Shown here: one piece after another, positions 62,664 to 64,000 of the stretch
Layout of the letters: the number at the start of each line of letters is the position of its first letter
Position numbering within the stretch: the first letter of the stretch is position 1
Source of the DNA: Lagierella massiliensis
Lineage (GTDB): Bacteria; Bacillota; Clostridia; Tissierellales; Peptoniphilaceae
Assembly (NCBI GenBank): GCA_030532135.1
Contig: JAUNLT010000003.1
Location: 68,423-132,422, forward strand
Direction: 5' to 3'
DNA length: 64,000 bases
Position numbers and translations under genes: made by a program
The notes under the pieces: generated by a model
Seen by the model: only the letters and a program-made list of their open reading frames with translations
Databases searched by the model: none
What the model was told of the DNA's origin: nothing

Positions 62664-64000
62664 TTAGTACTTGAACTTTTTAGATTTATATCTAAGTTCC
62701 GAATTTAATATTTTCTTTCTAATTCTAAAGCTAATTGGAGTCACTTCCACAAGTTCATCCTCTTCTATAAATTCCAAGATTTCTTCAAGACTCATTATCT
62801 TTGGAGGAGAAAGTCTCAACGCATCATCAGATGCTGAAGATCTAATATTAGTTTGAGCTTTCCTCTTACAAACATTAACCTCAATATCAAGTCCCTTAGG
62901 ATTTTCACCCACAACCATTCCCTCATAAACTTCCTCTCCAGGCTTAACAAACAAAACTCCCCTCTCTTGGGCAGCGTTAAGTCCATAAGCTGTTGTGGTT
63001 CCTGTCTCAAAACAAATTAGAGAACCAGTAGCTCTTCCGGGAATGTCTCCTTTTTTAGGCGCATACTCTTTAAGTTCAGAATTTATTACCCCAGTACCTT
63101 TAGTATCTGAAATAAATTCCTGTCTATAACCTATAAGCCCCCTTGTAGGTATTTCAAATACAAGTCTTGTATATCCACTCTTGGAAGGCTTCATATCTAT
63201 AAGCTCTCCCCTTCTCATACCTAATTTTTCAATAATTGAACCCACATATACCTCATCCACATCAATAGTTACATTTTCTATGGGCTCTAAAGTTTTTCCA
63301 TCTTCTTCTATATATAAAACCTCTGGCTTTGAAACTTGAAATTCATAGTTTTCTCTTCTTAAATTTTCAATTAAAACCGATAAGTGAAGTTCTCCCCTTC
63401 CGCTTACTCTAAAAGCGTCAGTGCTGTCCGTTTCTTCAACCCTTAAACTAACATCAGTCTCAAGTTCTTTAAAAAGTCTATTCCTTATTTGTCTACTAGT
63501 TACATACTTTCCTTCACGACCTGCAAAAGGACTGTCATTTACAAGGAAGTTCATTGATAGAGTTGGTTTTGATATTTTTACAAAAGGTATGGCCTCTACA
63601 TGTTCTTCATCACATATGGTATCTCCAATACTTATACCTTCAACCCCTGTAACAGCAATTATATTACCTGCTGTAGAGGACTTTACTTCCACCCTATTTA
63701 GTCCTTGAAACTCGTATATTTTAGTAATTGTAACCTTTTTGTTTTTAGACTCGTCATTGTAATTTACAATTTGAACCCTATCATTTAACTTAATCGTACC
63801 CGAGTCGATTTTACCAATTCCAATTTTTCCTACATAATCATTATAATCTGTTGTGGAAATTAATAATTTAAAAGGATCGTCATCATTTCCCTTAGGCTGA
63901 GGAATATAATCGATGATAGTATCTAAAATATATGACATATCCTTGGCATCTACATTTTTATAGTCCTTACAAGCATAACCTTCTCTTGCAGAAGCATAAA
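62664..64000 (-). CDS. typA: Translational GTPase TypA/BipA, partial (5' end lies outside the window)
   Basis: GRGELHL, RRE.YE, RGLIGY, VYEGMVVG, EVTP; frame open to the window edge. Confidence 0.96.
   Translation of the reverse strand, partial: YASAREGYACKDYKNVDAKDMSYILDTIIDYIPQPKGNDDDPFKLLISTTDYNDYVGKIGIGKIDSGTIKLNDRVQIVNYNDESKNKKVTITKIYEFQGLNRVEVKSSTAGNIIAVTGVEGISIGDTICDEEHVEAIPFVKISKPTLSMNFLVNDSPFAGREGKYVTSRQIRNRLFKELETDVSLRVEETDSTDAFRVSGRGELHLSVLIENLRRENYEFQVSKPEVLYIEEDGKTLEPIENVTIDVDEVYVGSIIEKLGMRRGELIDMKPSKSGYTRLVFEIPTRGLIGYRQEFISDTKGTGVINSELKEYAPKKGDIPGRATGSLICFETGTTTAYGLNAAQERGVLFVKPGEEVYEGMVVGENPKGLDIEVNVCKRKAQTNIRSSASDDALRLSPPKIMSLEEILEFIEEDELVEVTPISFRIRKKILNSELRYKSKKFKY

Noticed and set aside
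1-64000. CRISPR array, rRNA, tRNA, intact transposase or integrase
   Set aside because: No repeat-spacer periodicity, GC-rich structural RNA segment, or DDE/tyrosine/serine recombinase ORF was seen by eye

Overview
AT-rich chromosomal window from a low-GC Gram-positive anaerobe. Gene content and protein style suggest Peptoniphilaceae/Tissierellia; this is an inference. Almost all genes lie on the minus strand. Left part (1-19 kb): GT2 glycosyltransferase, group II PLP decarboxylase, HerA-like DUF853 ATPase, an oppDFBCA operon divergent from an M3 oligoendopeptidase with CodY-like boxes, and a redox cluster with two MhqR-like MarR genes (pirin, YjdJ-like GNAT, an unknown 430-aa beta-helix-like protein, FMN reductase, nitroreductase). 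Middle (19-39.9 kb): an accessory, partly decayed region ending at the 3' end of rlmD. It contains (i) a bacteriocin-like cassette that the ORF track missed: two double-glycine precursors and a small putative immunity peptide whose C-terminus resembles one of the toxins, flanked by a GyrI-like gene and a HExxH membrane protease, under a promoter with ~21-bp-periodic repeats; (ii) a two-component/ABC module bracketed by a 49-bp direct repeat; (iii) a DpnII-type restriction-modification locus with an HTH-fused Dam methylase and a pseudogenised second nuclease; (iv) a headless fragment resembling a SIR2/DUF4020-type defence protein. Right part (39.9-64 kb): rlmD, MATE, nuclease-fused DinG helicase, a degenerate ANT(6)-like protein, amino-acid ABC transporter, truA/ecf, rpoC/rpoB, yerC-like, fhs and partial typA. 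No rRNA, tRNA, CRISPR array or intact transposase/integrase was recognised. All family calls are from reading motifs by eye; no database search was run.
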